Source of the DNA: Ochrovirga pacifica
GTDB lineage: Bacteria; Bacteroidota; Bacteroidia; Flavobacteriales; Flavobacteriaceae
DNA: 24,000 nt
Assembly: GCF_000220525.1 (NCBI RefSeq)
Contig: NZ_AFPK01000039.1
Location: 5,059-29,058, forward strand
Direction: 5' to 3'
The notes beneath the pieces were generated by a model, which had not been told where the DNA came from, ran no database searches, and was given only the letters and a program-made list of their open reading frames with translations. How positions within the stretch are numbered: the first letter of the stretch is position 1; every line of letters starts with the position of its first letter. A program made the translations under genes and the position numbers. Shown piece after piece: positions 1 to 10,364 of the stretch.

Positions 1-2998
1 ACTTTATGTTTTGAAACACAAAGCTTTTTCCTTTCAATGCTACATCAGTTGTACCTGTAAAATTGTAATCTATGTTTAAGTAGGGGAATTTTAACCCTGC
101 ATTTTTTAGCTGAATTTTACCGTAAGAATTAAAATCATCCAACGTTCCTTTAACTTTAAAATTTCCTTCTGCTTCTCCTCTAATACTAGATAAGACATTT
201 CTACCCAAAGGACTTAGTGAATTTAACTTAAGCTCGTTTAGCATTACATCTAATTCTATTTTAGATTTGGCAAAATTGTCTTTGTTTACATCTACAACTC
301 CTTTTGCATTGATGTTTTGCTGATTTTTTTCAAAAATTTTAAAATCTACGTTGTAACTTAAATCCTTTTGATTGGGTTTTAGACTTGCTGCTAGGTTTCC
401 ATAATCAACACCATTGATTTTAAAATTGTTTACATACAAATCTCCATTAGGTTTTAACAGTCTATTTCTTTCATTAATCAACACCCGTCCACTTGCAACA
501 CCTTCAATTTTTAGGCTATCTACTATGGGTAAAATTTCTTGTAAATTGATGTTTTTTAACAATAATCTTAGATTCTTAGACTTATCTTTTTTAATACTTC
601 CATCAAATTCAAAAGCCTGATAATCGTTCACAAAAGAAACTCCATAAAAATACCATTCTCCTGTTTTGTAATTGTAATACAGCTTATTATCTGCTTCTTG
701 TTGGTTTACCCAAATGGAATTTAAATATTTTAAATATACATTATCAATTCCCATAAAAATAGCATCTTCGGCAGCTGTTACATAAAAAACAGCTCTATTT
801 TCAATTTTATCAGAATTAAAATTAGAACGTACAAAAAGGGTATCGTTTACTTTTTTTCCCAATAGGGATAAGTTTTGGTACAACTGTTTTTTAAATTTAA
901 ATTTTTGAACAGAAATGTTTGAGTTGATCCATTGATTGGAATTATCTAACACCACATTTAAGCTATCCACCTCTATATTTTTTGAGGAAAAAGAGGCCAC
1001 ACTAGCATTAATCACTCCTTTATCTCCCTGAGCATCTAACACCCCAGATACCACCAAGTTGTCTTTTAATGTTACTTTATCTGTAAGAGATTTTATAAAT
1101 TTTGGATATACATCTAAATCAAAAGTAAGTGTTTGCTGTTTTATGTTTGATCGAATCTTGGAACCAGGAATAAACTTATACAAAGCGTTGGCAACCAACT
1201 TTTCAAAATCTGAAAACTGAAAATCTCCCTTTACTCCTAAACTCAACAAGTCTTTTGATGTTAACTGAATTTCTTTTTCTTTGGGTTTAGACAGTAAAGA
1301 TAAATCTACTTCGTTTAACTTTAAAGATTCCGAAGGGGTATCTATTCTTAAATTCTTAATTTCTCCCAAAGAAATCAAACTATCTTTATAATGTTCTACT
1401 TTCAACTGTCCGTTGGCAACTATATTTTTTTGATAATTGATGTAATCTGGAAACAACTCTGACAGTTTTGCTTTCTGAATTTGAAATTCTAAGTTGTACT
1501 GTTTTTTTTGCTTTTGCAAATAATAGTCTAAAGATGCATTTAAATTTAGTAAAGAGTCTCTTATTTGAAAACTAGACTGTATATGATGATTGACAAAGTG
1601 AACTTTTAGATTGGAGTTGTGAATCTTGTTTTTCTTTAAAAAAATTGACTTTAGTTTTAAATCTGTTTTTAAATCCACATTGTTTTTTTCGTACACTCCA
1701 GACAACTTTCCATTAAAGGAAACCCTCTTTAATTCTTTGATAAAATCATTTTCTAACACAAAGCCCTGTAGAATTTTAAGATCTATTTTTTTTTGAGTTT
1801 TGTTTAAATCTTTTACAAAACCATCTACAGTTACTTTTCCTAAATCGGTTACGGTTTCACCATTTACCACTAATTTACTTTTCGACACAAAAAAATCTCC
1901 AGAGTAGTTCCATTGTTCAATTCCTAAAATATCTTTAGGCAAACTGTTATGATACAAATTGGGGACAAAATCAGTTAACTTTTGGGTCAATACTTCTAAA
2001 CTAGCTCCCTTTCCTTGAAACCAAAAATCGTCTCTATTGTTAATGCTATTTTTTAGGGTAAAATCTCCAATTAAAAAGGTTGTATTGTCTTTATCAATAA
2101 GTTCTGTTTTGGTTAAATAAAGGTCGTTTAAAGGTCCATTGACTTCTGTTTTTAGCTGAAAAACATCTGTGCCTTCTATATAAGGATATACTTTATTAAT
2201 ATCTACCAAACTTACTTCGCTATCGTAAAAACTACCTTTTGCAATTACTTTTTCTACAAAATTAGCATATCCATTTGTGCCTGCACTAAATACCACATCG
2301 CCCAAAACAAAAGAATGATCTGTAATAATGTGTGTATGATCAAAACGCATTTCTTTTAGGGTATACACAAATTCTGTAGCCAGTTTTTTGTAATGAATTC
2401 CGTAAATATCCTTAAAATTAAGCGAGTCTGTATGAATGGTAACATTAGGGCCTTGAATCCATATTTTTTTCAAATCTCCACCAATATCGTAATAATCAAC
2501 CACCAATTTTTGATCTCTTGTATGGCTGTACCTTAACCTTTTTGTTGTTACATTTTTAAAACTTAATTCTAGAGGATTTTTTGATTTTTTATTAGATTTA
2601 AAACTTTTAGAAAATACAGTTAAATTGGTTTCTGGCTCATCTGGATATTTAAAATCGTTAAGCCAAACGTTTTGTACAATTACATTTTTAAACGATAATT
2701 TGTTGTGACTTATTTCTTCTAAATCCAACAAATTTCCTTTAAGATGTTCTGCATAAATTAACGTATCTTGATGATGATCCTGTATCAACACATTGTTAAT
2801 TTTAAACTTTCCAAAAGGATTTATTTTTAGCGAAGCTAATTGTATAGATACGTTGTACTGTTTGTTAATTACCTCTAAAGCTCTATTGGCAATAACCGAT
2901 TGTACTTTTCCAAACTGCAAAGAAATAGCCATCAACACCAATAAAATTAGTGTCGCTAGTAAAAATCGGACGAGTATTTTTATTATTGCTTTTATAAA
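1..2998 (-). CDS. tamB: Partial TamB/DUF490-like translocation and assembly module protein (C-terminus runs off the left edge)
   Basis: Not in the ORF track (open to the window edge). Reverse-strand translation is open where spot-checked: N-terminal membrane anchor KAIIKILVRFLLATLILLVLMAISLQFGKVQSVIANRALEVINKQYNVSIQLASLKIN, and near the left edge VVDVNKDNFAKSKIELDVMLNELKLNSLSPLGRNVLSSIRGEAEGNFKVKGTLDDFNSYGKIQLKNAGLKFPYLNIDYNFTGTTDVALKGKSF, typical of AsmA/TamB proteins. Start codon is uncertain. Confidence 0.85.
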
Positions 2999-3040
2999 GT
3001 CTAAATTTGCAGCTTTAAAATAGACAAATATACTACAATT

Positions 3041-4063
3041 ATGCCTCACAACACCTACATCCTTGCTATAGAATCCTCTTGTGACGACACCAGTGCAGCT
3101 GTAATTTGTAACGAAAAAATACTATCAAATATTGTTGCCAATCAAGAAATTCACTCACAATACGGTGGTGTTGTTCCAGAATTGGCCTCAAGAGCACATC
3201 AACAAAATATTGTTCCTGTGGTACAAGTTGCTTTGGAGAAAGCAGCCATAAAAAAAGAACAGTTAAGCGCTATTGCATTTACACAAGGCCCTGGTTTAAT
3301 GGGGTCTTTATTAGTTGGGGCTTCTTTTGCAAAGTCTATGGCTTTGGCCTTAAATATTCCTTTGCTAGCCATTAATCATATGCAGGCACATATTTTAGCT
3401 CATTTTATTGATGATGCCAACGATCACAAACCTAACTTTCCTTTTTTGTGTTTAACCATCAGTGGAGGACATACGCAAATAGTAAAAGTAAATGATTATT
3501 TTTCTATGGAAGTTTTAGGAGAAACTATAGACGATGCCGTAGGTGAAGCTTATGACAAAACAGCAAAAATTTTGGGATTGCCATACCCAGGTGGTCCATT
3601 GGTAGATACTTATGCTCAAAAAGGAAAAGCCAGGTTTCAGTTTTCTAAACCGAAAGTAAAAGAACACCACTTTAGTTTTAGCGGATTAAAAACAGCCATC
3701 CTATATTTTATACAAAAAGAAGTAAAAGAAAACCCCAATTTTATAGCCGAAAACCTAGAGGATATTTGTGCTAGTGTGCAACAAACCATTGCCGATATTT
3801 TAATGGATAAGATTAAAAAAGCTGTAAAAGCTACCAACATACAACGCATTGCTATTGCTGGGGGAGTATCTGCCAATTCCGAGATAAGAAAACGTTTGCA
3901 ACAAGCAAATAAACACTGGGGTTGGCAAACGTATATTCCTAAATTTGAATACACCACAGACAATGCTGCTATGATTGCAATTACAGCTTATCATAAATAC
4001 AAACAGCAATTATACAGCAACCAAGCTACGACTGCCAACCCAAGGTTAAAAGTGAACTCTTAA
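3041..4063 (+). CDS. tsaD: tRNA N6-adenosine threonylcarbamoyltransferase TsaD
   Basis: 340 aa; ILAIESSCDDTSAAV, HMQAH, CLTISGGHTQIV, GETIDDAVGEAYDK, IAIAGGVSANSEIR and TDNAAMIAI motifs of the Kae1/TsaD family. Confidence 0.98.
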   Translation: MPHNTYILAIESSCDDTSAAVICNEKILSNIVANQEIHSQYGGVVPELASRAHQQNIVPVVQVALEKAAIKKEQLSAIAFTQGPGLMGSLLVGASFAKSMALALNIPLLAINHMQAHILAHFIDDANDHKPNFPFLCLTISGGHTQIVKVNDYFSMEVLGETIDDAVGEAYDKTAKILGLPYPGGPLVDTYAQKGKARFQFSKPKVKEHHFSFSGLKTAILYFIQKEVKENPNFIAENLEDICASVQQTIADILMDKIKKAVKATNIQRIAIAGGVSANSEIRKRLQQANKHWGWQTYIPKFEYTTDNAAMIAITAYHKYKQQLYSNQATTANPRLKVNS

Positions 4064-5130
4064 ATTTTATAAGTAATAGCATTGATATTCATCCCTGCTC
4101 CTACAGAAGCAAAAACAACAATATCATTTTTAGAAACAGTATGAGTGTCTAACTGATTGTTTAGCACCAAATCATACAAGATAGGTACAGTAGCTACAGA
4201 GTTGTTTCCTAGTTTTTGAATAGACATAGGCATTACATCTTCCTTTACAGGTTTTCTGTACAATCTATACAATCTTTTTACAATTGCCTCGTCCATTTTT
4301 TCATTGGCTTGGTGTAAAAATACTTTGGACACATCTTCTATTTCAATACCTCTTTTGTCCATTGCTGCTTTGATTGCTGCTGGTACATTGTTAAGTGCAA
4401 ATTCGTAAATTTTTCGCCCTAACATCTTAATGTAGTTTACTTCTTGATTTCTCTCTTTTTTGTAGCTAGGTCCAGAATACAAATACATGGCCTCATCAGT
4501 GGCATAGGTTTGCGATGCAGTACTTAAAACTCCACGCTCTTTTTCTTCTTTTACTAGTTCTAAAACGGTAGCTCCAGCTCCGTCAGAAAAAATCATACTA
4601 TCTCTATCGTGCGGGTCTACTACCCTAGACAATGTATCGGCTCCTATTACCAAAGCTTTTTTAGCCTCTCCTGCTTTGATTGCTTGCTTGGCCTGAATCA
4701 TTCCTTGTACCCATCCTGGGCATCCAAATAGCAGATCGTAAGCAACACAATTAGGATTGTTAATTTTTAATTTATTCTTTACCCTAGAGGCAATGCTTGG
4801 TAACATATCTCCTTGAATACTTCCTTTTTTAACATCACCAAAATTATGAGCTACAATAATTAAATCTAATTCTTCCTTATCTACATTTGCATTGGCAATA
4901 GCTTTTTCTGAAGCCATTGCTGCCAAATCCGAAGTATTTATGTGATCTTCTGCATACCTACGTTCTTCTATTCCGGTAATTGCCTGAAATTTTTCTATAA
5001 TTTCTTCATTTTCTTTCTCGAACAAACTTCCATCTTCATTATAGAAAACTTGTTCGCCAAAATCTTTATTTTTAATCACTTTTTCTGGAATTGCACTTCC
5101 TGTTCCTGTAATTAGAATGTTTTTGTACAT
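4060..5130 (-). CDS. 3-oxoacyl-ACP synthase III family protein (FabH-like)
   Basis: 356 aa thiolase fold; putative Cys-His-Asn triad in LLFGCPGWVQG, VFLHQANEKM and LGNNSVATVP. Confidence 0.88.
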   Translation of the reverse strand: MYKNILITGTGSAIPEKVIKNKDFGEQVFYNEDGSLFEKENEEIIEKFQAITGIEERRYAEDHINTSDLAAMASEKAIANANVDKEELDLIIVAHNFGDVKKGSIQGDMLPSIASRVKNKLKINNPNCVAYDLLFGCPGWVQGMIQAKQAIKAGEAKKALVIGADTLSRVVDPHDRDSMIFSDGAGATVLELVKEEKERGVLSTASQTYATDEAMYLYSGPSYKKERNQEVNYIKMLGRKIYEFALNNVPAAIKAAMDKRGIEIEDVSKVFLHQANEKMDEAIVKRLYRLYRKPVKEDVMPMSIQKLGNNSVATVPILYDLVLNNQLDTHTVSKNDIVVFASVGAGMNINAITYKI

Positions 5131-5142
5131 AGAATTGTTTAT

Positions 5143-5171
5143 AAAAAAAACGGTGTCTAAAAAAACACCGC
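5143..5171 (-). terminator. Rho-independent terminator downstream of porU-porV
   Basis: Reverse strand reads CGGTGT-TTTTTTAG-ACACCG followed by a run of eight T; lies just past the porV stop codon. Confidence 0.7.
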
Positions 5172-5193
5172 CTCAAATGTAGTTATATTTCTA

Positions 5194-6291
5194 TTAAAAC
5201 TCGTAAGAGTCTCCAAAATCAAATGTAAAAGAAATTCTTAAGGTTCTATCCAAAGGATTATTTACGGATGCATTACTTAACAAGTAAGATAAATCAACTT
5301 TGAATGCACTGGCTTTGAATCCTGCTCCAAAAGTTAAAAAGTTTCTATTTCCTTTGTTTTCATTTTCTTTAAAATAACCTGCTCTAAAAGCAAAAGCATT
5401 GTTATATAAATATTCTGCACCAAAACCTAAAGTTACTTCTTGTAATTCTTCACTAAACCCTTCTTCTGCATCTCCAAAAGATTTTAAAGCTCCTGAAATA
5501 AAGTTTTCATCTTCACCTCCTACAGAAGGCACTAATAATTTTGTAAACTCTAAGGTTAGTCCTATTTGGTTATAATCGTCAAAAATAAAGTCAAAACCTC
5601 CTCCTAATTTTAAGTTGGTTGGCAAGAACTCTTCTCTTGATACAACTTCTACTTTAGGTCCTAAATTACTAATACTAAACCCTCCTCTAACAACACCATT
5701 AAACTGGTCAAAAGCCATTTCGTTAGATTGGTAATAACCTGAAATGTCTACTGCAAAACCATTGGTAGGTTCTATATCGGTAATGTTTGTTCCTGTAATA
5801 CTTAAATCTGCTCTGGTATATCTTAAGGCAACAGACATAGAGTAATTTTCACTAAGTTTTAATGCATAAGCTGCATCTATTGCAAATTCGTATGGTTGAG
5901 CGTCAGAAGTGCTTTCAGATCCTTCTTGTGTAACTTCTATAGTCCCATAATCAAAATACTTAATCCCCCCTCCAAAAGCACTACGCTCATCAATTCTTTG
6001 TTGATAAGTTAGGTTTGCTATATAAATATCGTCTGTTAATTGCCTTAACCAAGGTGTGTAGTTTAATGCCAAACTTCCCTCACTTTTATGAAATACCATT
6101 TTTGAAGCATTGTGAAAAATTGAGTTCCCGTCTGCTGATGTTGCAACTCCTACATCACCCATGGCAGCTGCTCTTGCATCTGTTACAATATTTAAAAAGG
6201 GAGCAACCGTTGTGATTGAATTATTTTCTTGAGCATGTAACTGAACCCCTAAAAAGGTTAACAGTAAAAATGACTTTACTTTAAATCTCAT
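5194..6291 (-). CDS. porV: Type IX secretion system outer membrane protein PorV (LptO-like)
   Basis: 365 aa, signal peptide, N-terminal APFLNIVTDARAAAMGDVGVATSADGNSIFHNASKMVF, beta-barrel-like repeats, adjacent to porU. Confidence 0.93.
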   Translation of the reverse strand: MRFKVKSFLLLTFLGVQLHAQENNSITTVAPFLNIVTDARAAAMGDVGVATSADGNSIFHNASKMVFHKSEGSLALNYTPWLRQLTDDIYIANLTYQQRIDERSAFGGGIKYFDYGTIEVTQEGSESTSDAQPYEFAIDAAYALKLSENYSMSVALRYTRADLSITGTNITDIEPTNGFAVDISGYYQSNEMAFDQFNGVVRGGFSISNLGPKVEVVSREEFLPTNLKLGGGFDFIFDDYNQIGLTLEFTKLLVPSVGGEDENFISGALKSFGDAEEGFSEELQEVTLGFGAEYLYNNAFAFRAGYFKENENKGNRNFLTFGAGFKASAFKVDLSYLLSNASVNNPLDRTLRISFTFDFGDSYEF

Positions 6292-6316
6292 AGTTTTTTA
6301 TAAATTTCTTTAAGTA

Positions 6317-9300
6317 TTACAATAATACTAATTTTTGTATTTTTTCATCGGATTGTCCCGAAATAATTTCTTTTACTTTTATTCTGTACAAATATACCCC
6401 TTTCCCTAGTTTGTTTCCGTAGTCGTCTTTTCCATCCCAAGTAGCAGCTTTTATAATTGGATTGGTATTGTTGTCTGTTGCTCGGATGGTTTTTATTAAT
6501 TTACCCGAAACGGTATAAACCTGAACCGTAATTTCTAAAGGTTCATTTTTTCTGTTGTTTTCAAACCAAAATTCTGTGTGATTGATAAATGGATTAGGGT
6601 AGTTTAGTACTCTATCTATTTTAAATTTTAAATCGGACTGAACGTAAAAGTCCAACGTTTGTGTAGCCGAATTGTTATGTGAATCCCAAACTTTTAGTGT
6701 TAATGTATGGTCTCCTTCTTCTAGCTCTGGCATTTGGTAAGTTACAATTCCCTTGGTAAAATCATCTTTTTCTGTAGTGTAATATTCATTTAAAGTGATG
6801 GGGTTGGTCAACTCATCATCTATAATCAGAGAAATACTATGGCCTAAAGAATTAAGCGAAGTATTGATTCCGCTTTCATCAGATAATTTAGCCAATAAAA
6901 TTGGAGTAGAACTGGTATTTGCTCCATTAACAAAAGACTCATCATCCAAAAACAAGTTAATTAATGGTGCTGTATTGTCTTCTTTTGCATCAGGATCAAC
7001 TCCTCCTACTTTGTAAGAAAAATCGCTTCCTATTTTATCGTTGTTTTTAGAGGATGCATAAAAGCTAAATTTAGCATTTTCGGGAATAGAACTTACATCT
7101 TTAGGCAACATCATATCAAAAGAAAATTGTCCGTTATTGATGGTTGCACTCCCTACAAATACTTTGTTTTCTAACGATTTAAAGGCTAAAATATCATTTT
7201 CGTTTACAGAACCTCCACTATTCCTTACTTCATTTAACATGGTTTTTCTTTCTATTTCCTTATCGTACAAAACTACCGAAAGGTTTCCGTTAAAATCTGA
7301 TAATGTAGGTCTGCTGTAAACTCCATTTACCAACACACTATCTTTTTGAACAACAGCCCCTTCTACTCTAATTTTAGACAATCCATTTAGCTCCGTTATA
7401 TTCACCAAAGTCTCTTTTTCTGCTTCCTCATCTATCACATATTTTTTAATGGCTTGTATTTTTATTCCTTGTTCTGGAATGCTAATAGGCATAGCAGGAT
7501 CTCCTAAAAAAAACACAAATTGCTCACCATCTATAATCAAATCATTTTTAGCATCTTTAAGTGCTTCTGCAGCCGTTCTTTTCTTACCATCAAAACTATA
7601 CAAATAGTCTGTTAAGCTACTATTTACACTGTTTCCTGCAGATATATATATTTGTCGGGTTGTGGTAATCATTGCTACTGCCCCTCCATAATTACTTTCC
7701 ATCAACTCTTCTCCAGCAGAAAGAAATGTTGGATCATCAAATCTTGAAAAATCACACGTTACAGTTATAAACAAAGGAAGGTTGTTTAAGTTTCTATAGC
7801 TACGAATTTTTGATATGTCTAAAAAATTTTCTTCTGCTAATGTCGATGTGTTTCCGTGTCCAAAGTAATTAATTACTACAGAACCTATATTAAAAGCCTC
7901 GTCTAAACGTTTTACTATTTGAGGGTATTGCCCCCCACCTGCACTCAATTCTTCTTCAAAAGCATCGGCATATAATTTTGTAATGTTTATATTTTTATTG
8001 AGACTTTCTGTTTTTTTAGCTGAATTTTCTAAGTAGTTTGTCAAAAGCTGATGTTCTCCTTCTTGCCCATCATCTGCTAACAAAGTAACCTTACTTCGCC
8101 ATGCTCCGAAGGAATTGGTAGAATAATAATTAAGAAGTTTATCTACATACTGTTTTGCTTTTATAGAGGTTCCTACTGGAATTCTACCAGTTGTAATCTC
8201 CATTTTCCCAGAAATAGATAGCTCATCATTATCAATCATATCATCAGTAGCATCTAATAGAGCATAATAATCATCAGAGTTGTAAGATGAAATTAAGTTA
8301 GAACTTACATTAGACATGTATGTTGGTACATTATTTTTGTTGCTATAGGTAATCCCCCTATAATCAAAAGTAGCATCACCAAACAGGCAAACATACTTTA
8401 ATTTTTTTGAGGAAGTACTTGCATTATCGTATACATACTTTAGATAATCTCTAATTGCTGTTACATCTGCGATTCCCGAACCAAACTCATTGTATACTTT
8501 TTGTAGATTTACCACTTTTACATTTATTGGGTTTCCATCAACCTGGGTATTTTCTCGGTGATAATTGGCCAATCTTTCTGCTTGAGCACTAAAAACAGGG
8601 TGGGTTAATATGATATACTGAATATCTGTTTCTGCGTGTAAGTTTTGATTTTCCACAACAGTTTCTGCTCCTATATTAATAGGAAGATAAGCATCTTCTA
8701 AACGAACTACCTGGTATTGATTTAACTCTCCATCGGTTGCTTCTTTAAACGTAAACTGCGTATCAGAATTGTTTAAATCTAACATGTTTTTTACGTTATA
8801 GGAATCAGTCACATCCCAAACAAAATCTACTTGATGGGCATTGTTTATTTTATATTCTAATATACTTCCATTGCTTGCGGATAAAAAATTAACAAAATCA
8901 AACTGGTTCCCATTGGCAACTAGTAACCTATCTACAATTACTTTTATATAATCTAACCTTCCTTTAGCTGATAAATCTCCGTTATTATTCCACAAAACAT
9001 CAATAAAAAATTGATGGGGTGCTGTTGGTAAAAAAGTTTGTACTCTTAAAGACTCTCTATATTTAATGTCTTTAGAAGTGGTTCCCAAAGAAATTGTAAA
9101 CAAATCGCTTCCTGCAGCAGTTTCTGCCTCTCTATATGCAACGGTACAATCCGTATTTACAGAAGAACTTGAACTAAAATTCACACTTACTTGGGCTGGG
9201 GTGCTTAGATCAATATCACCTACATCAAAAGCAAAAGTTTGTAAGTTATTAACAGAAAAATCTTCGCCATACCATTTTCTTCCTGTTTTTACATAATTGT

Positions 9301-10243
9301 ACAATTCTTTTTCATGAACTCTGTAATCTGTGTAAGACGTAATGGTGTTGGTAGCTAGTGAACTTATGGAAGTTGCGTTGCTTATTCTTTTTCCGTTTTG
9401 ACCTGTATCAAAATTGATATAATAATAACCTCTTGTAGCATATGGGTTTTGTTTGTGCTGAATGTTTGTTTTAGAATTTAATGTCCATGAAACAGTTCCT
9501 TTACCATAAAAAAGAATGTAATCATCATTATCAAAACGACCATCACTTTCTCCTTTAACATAGATTGCGTTTTCTTGCAACCCATTAGGTCTACTTTTAG
9601 TTAAGAGCTCTGGAAGCATATTTCCACCATGTCCAAAAATTCGAATATTTTTAGGGTTTATTTGATTGATGTTTACTCCTAAAGACCTTAAAAAATTAGC
9701 ATCAACTTTAAACACGCCTGTCTTATCAACGGCTATTTTATACCAAGTTCCTGAATTTAAAACAGAATTTTTTACTTCTTTAATCTGCGTTATTTGCTGA
9801 ACATTATTTGCTCTAACTGTTTCTGAAGAGTTGTAACTCAAATCAAAACGGGTTATTTTTACAATGCTTCCATCTTCTTTTTTATAAATAGGATACAACT
9901 GTAAACGTATAAAAGATTTTGCACCTTCTTTTACGGTATTAAAGATAGATGTTACCCTTGTTGGCAAATTGCTTACGTCTAAAAGACTTAATTCCGAACC
10001 AGACAAAACTTGCTCCTTTATATTTTTTAGTTGATAAGACACCTCGGAATCTAAAGAACCAGTCCACTGCTTTGTATACAAGGGAGTTCCATTGGGATCT
10101 ATATGAATATTTTGTCCTGCAAATACAACTTTCTTAGTGATGGGCTCTGTTATTAAACCAAGTGTTACAGTAAATGTTTTTTTTTCCTGACCTAAAACAA
10201 TCATCGAAAAAAAAAGAGCTAGAAAAATATGTAAAAACTTCAT
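6317..10243 (-). CDS. porU: Type IX secretion system sortase PorU (peptidase C25 family)
   Basis: 1308 aa, signal peptide; gingipain-like domain with LKYVCLFGDATFDYRG, catalytic-type VVINYFGHGNTS and LFITVTCDFSRFDDP; C-terminal NYPNPF...GKLIKTI...GVYLYRIK...QKLVLL tail resembling a T9SS CTD; adjacent to porV. Confidence 0.95.
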   Translation of the reverse strand: MKFLHIFLALFFSMIVLGQEKKTFTVTLGLITEPITKKVVFAGQNIHIDPNGTPLYTKQWTGSLDSEVSYQLKNIKEQVLSGSELSLLDVSNLPTRVTSIFNTVKEGAKSFIRLQLYPIYKKEDGSIVKITRFDLSYNSSETVRANNVQQITQIKEVKNSVLNSGTWYKIAVDKTGVFKVDANFLRSLGVNINQINPKNIRIFGHGGNMLPELLTKSRPNGLQENAIYVKGESDGRFDNDDYILFYGKGTVSWTLNSKTNIQHKQNPYATRGYYYINFDTGQNGKRISNATSISSLATNTITSYTDYRVHEKELYNYVKTGRKWYGEDFSVNNLQTFAFDVGDIDLSTPAQVSVNFSSSSSVNTDCTVAYREAETAAGSDLFTISLGTTSKDIKYRESLRVQTFLPTAPHQFFIDVLWNNNGDLSAKGRLDYIKVIVDRLLVANGNQFDFVNFLSASNGSILEYKINNAHQVDFVWDVTDSYNVKNMLDLNNSDTQFTFKEATDGELNQYQVVRLEDAYLPINIGAETVVENQNLHAETDIQYIILTHPVFSAQAERLANYHRENTQVDGNPINVKVVNLQKVYNEFGSGIADVTAIRDYLKYVYDNASTSSKKLKYVCLFGDATFDYRGITYSNKNNVPTYMSNVSSNLISSYNSDDYYALLDATDDMIDNDELSISGKMEITTGRIPVGTSIKAKQYVDKLLNYYSTNSFGAWRSKVTLLADDGQEGEHQLLTNYLENSAKKTESLNKNINITKLYADAFEEELSAGGGQYPQIVKRLDEAFNIGSVVINYFGHGNTSTLAEENFLDISKIRSYRNLNNLPLFITVTCDFSRFDDPTFLSAGEELMESNYGGAVAMITTTRQIYISAGNSVNSSLTDYLYSFDGKKRTAAEALKDAKNDLIIDGEQFVFFLGDPAMPISIPEQGIKIQAIKKYVIDEEAEKETLVNITELNGLSKIRVEGAVVQKDSVLVNGVYSRPTLSDFNGNLSVVLYDKEIERKTMLNEVRNSGGSVNENDILAFKSLENKVFVGSATINNGQFSFDMMLPKDVSSIPENAKFSFYASSKNNDKIGSDFSYKVGGVDPDAKEDNTAPLINLFLDDESFVNGANTSSTPILLAKLSDESGINTSLNSLGHSISLIIDDELTNPITLNEYYTTEKDDFTKGIVTYQMPELEEGDHTLTLKVWDSHNNSATQTLDFYVQSDLKFKIDRVLNYPNPFINHTEFWFENNRKNEPLEITVQVYTVSGKLIKTIRATDNNTNPIIKAATWDGKDDYGNKLGKGVYLYRIKVKEIISGQSDEKIQKLVLL

Positions 10244-10299
10244 TATTGCTGTTATTATTGCACGAATATAATAATTTAGACTTTGTACTTGAATTTAGA

Positions 10300-10330
10300 T
10301 TGTATAATTAAGTATTATATAATATCTTGC
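10300..10330 (+). promoter_or_regulatory. Candidate Bacteroidota-type promoter for gldJ
   Basis: TTG (10300-10302), 20-nt spacer, then TATCTTGC (one base off the TAnnTTTG -7 element), about 35 nt before the gldJ ATG. Confidence 0.3.
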
Positions 10331-10364
10331 ACGAAGTTAACAAAACAATGATTCAATAATTCTT

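Noticed and set aside
414-620. Forward 68-aa ORF
   Set aside because: Lies fully antisense to the open tamB-like frame and has no recognisable motif.
2793-3023. Forward 76-aa ORF overlapping the tamB N-terminus
   Set aside because: Antisense to the clear membrane-anchor coding region; no family signature.
3637-4009. Reverse ORFs of 108 and 69 aa inside tsaD
   Set aside because: Antisense to a strongly conserved gene; likely spurious.
6015-9296. Forward ORFs (66, 73, 60, 76 aa) within porV/porU
   Set aside because: Antisense to well-supported T9SS genes with no own motifs.
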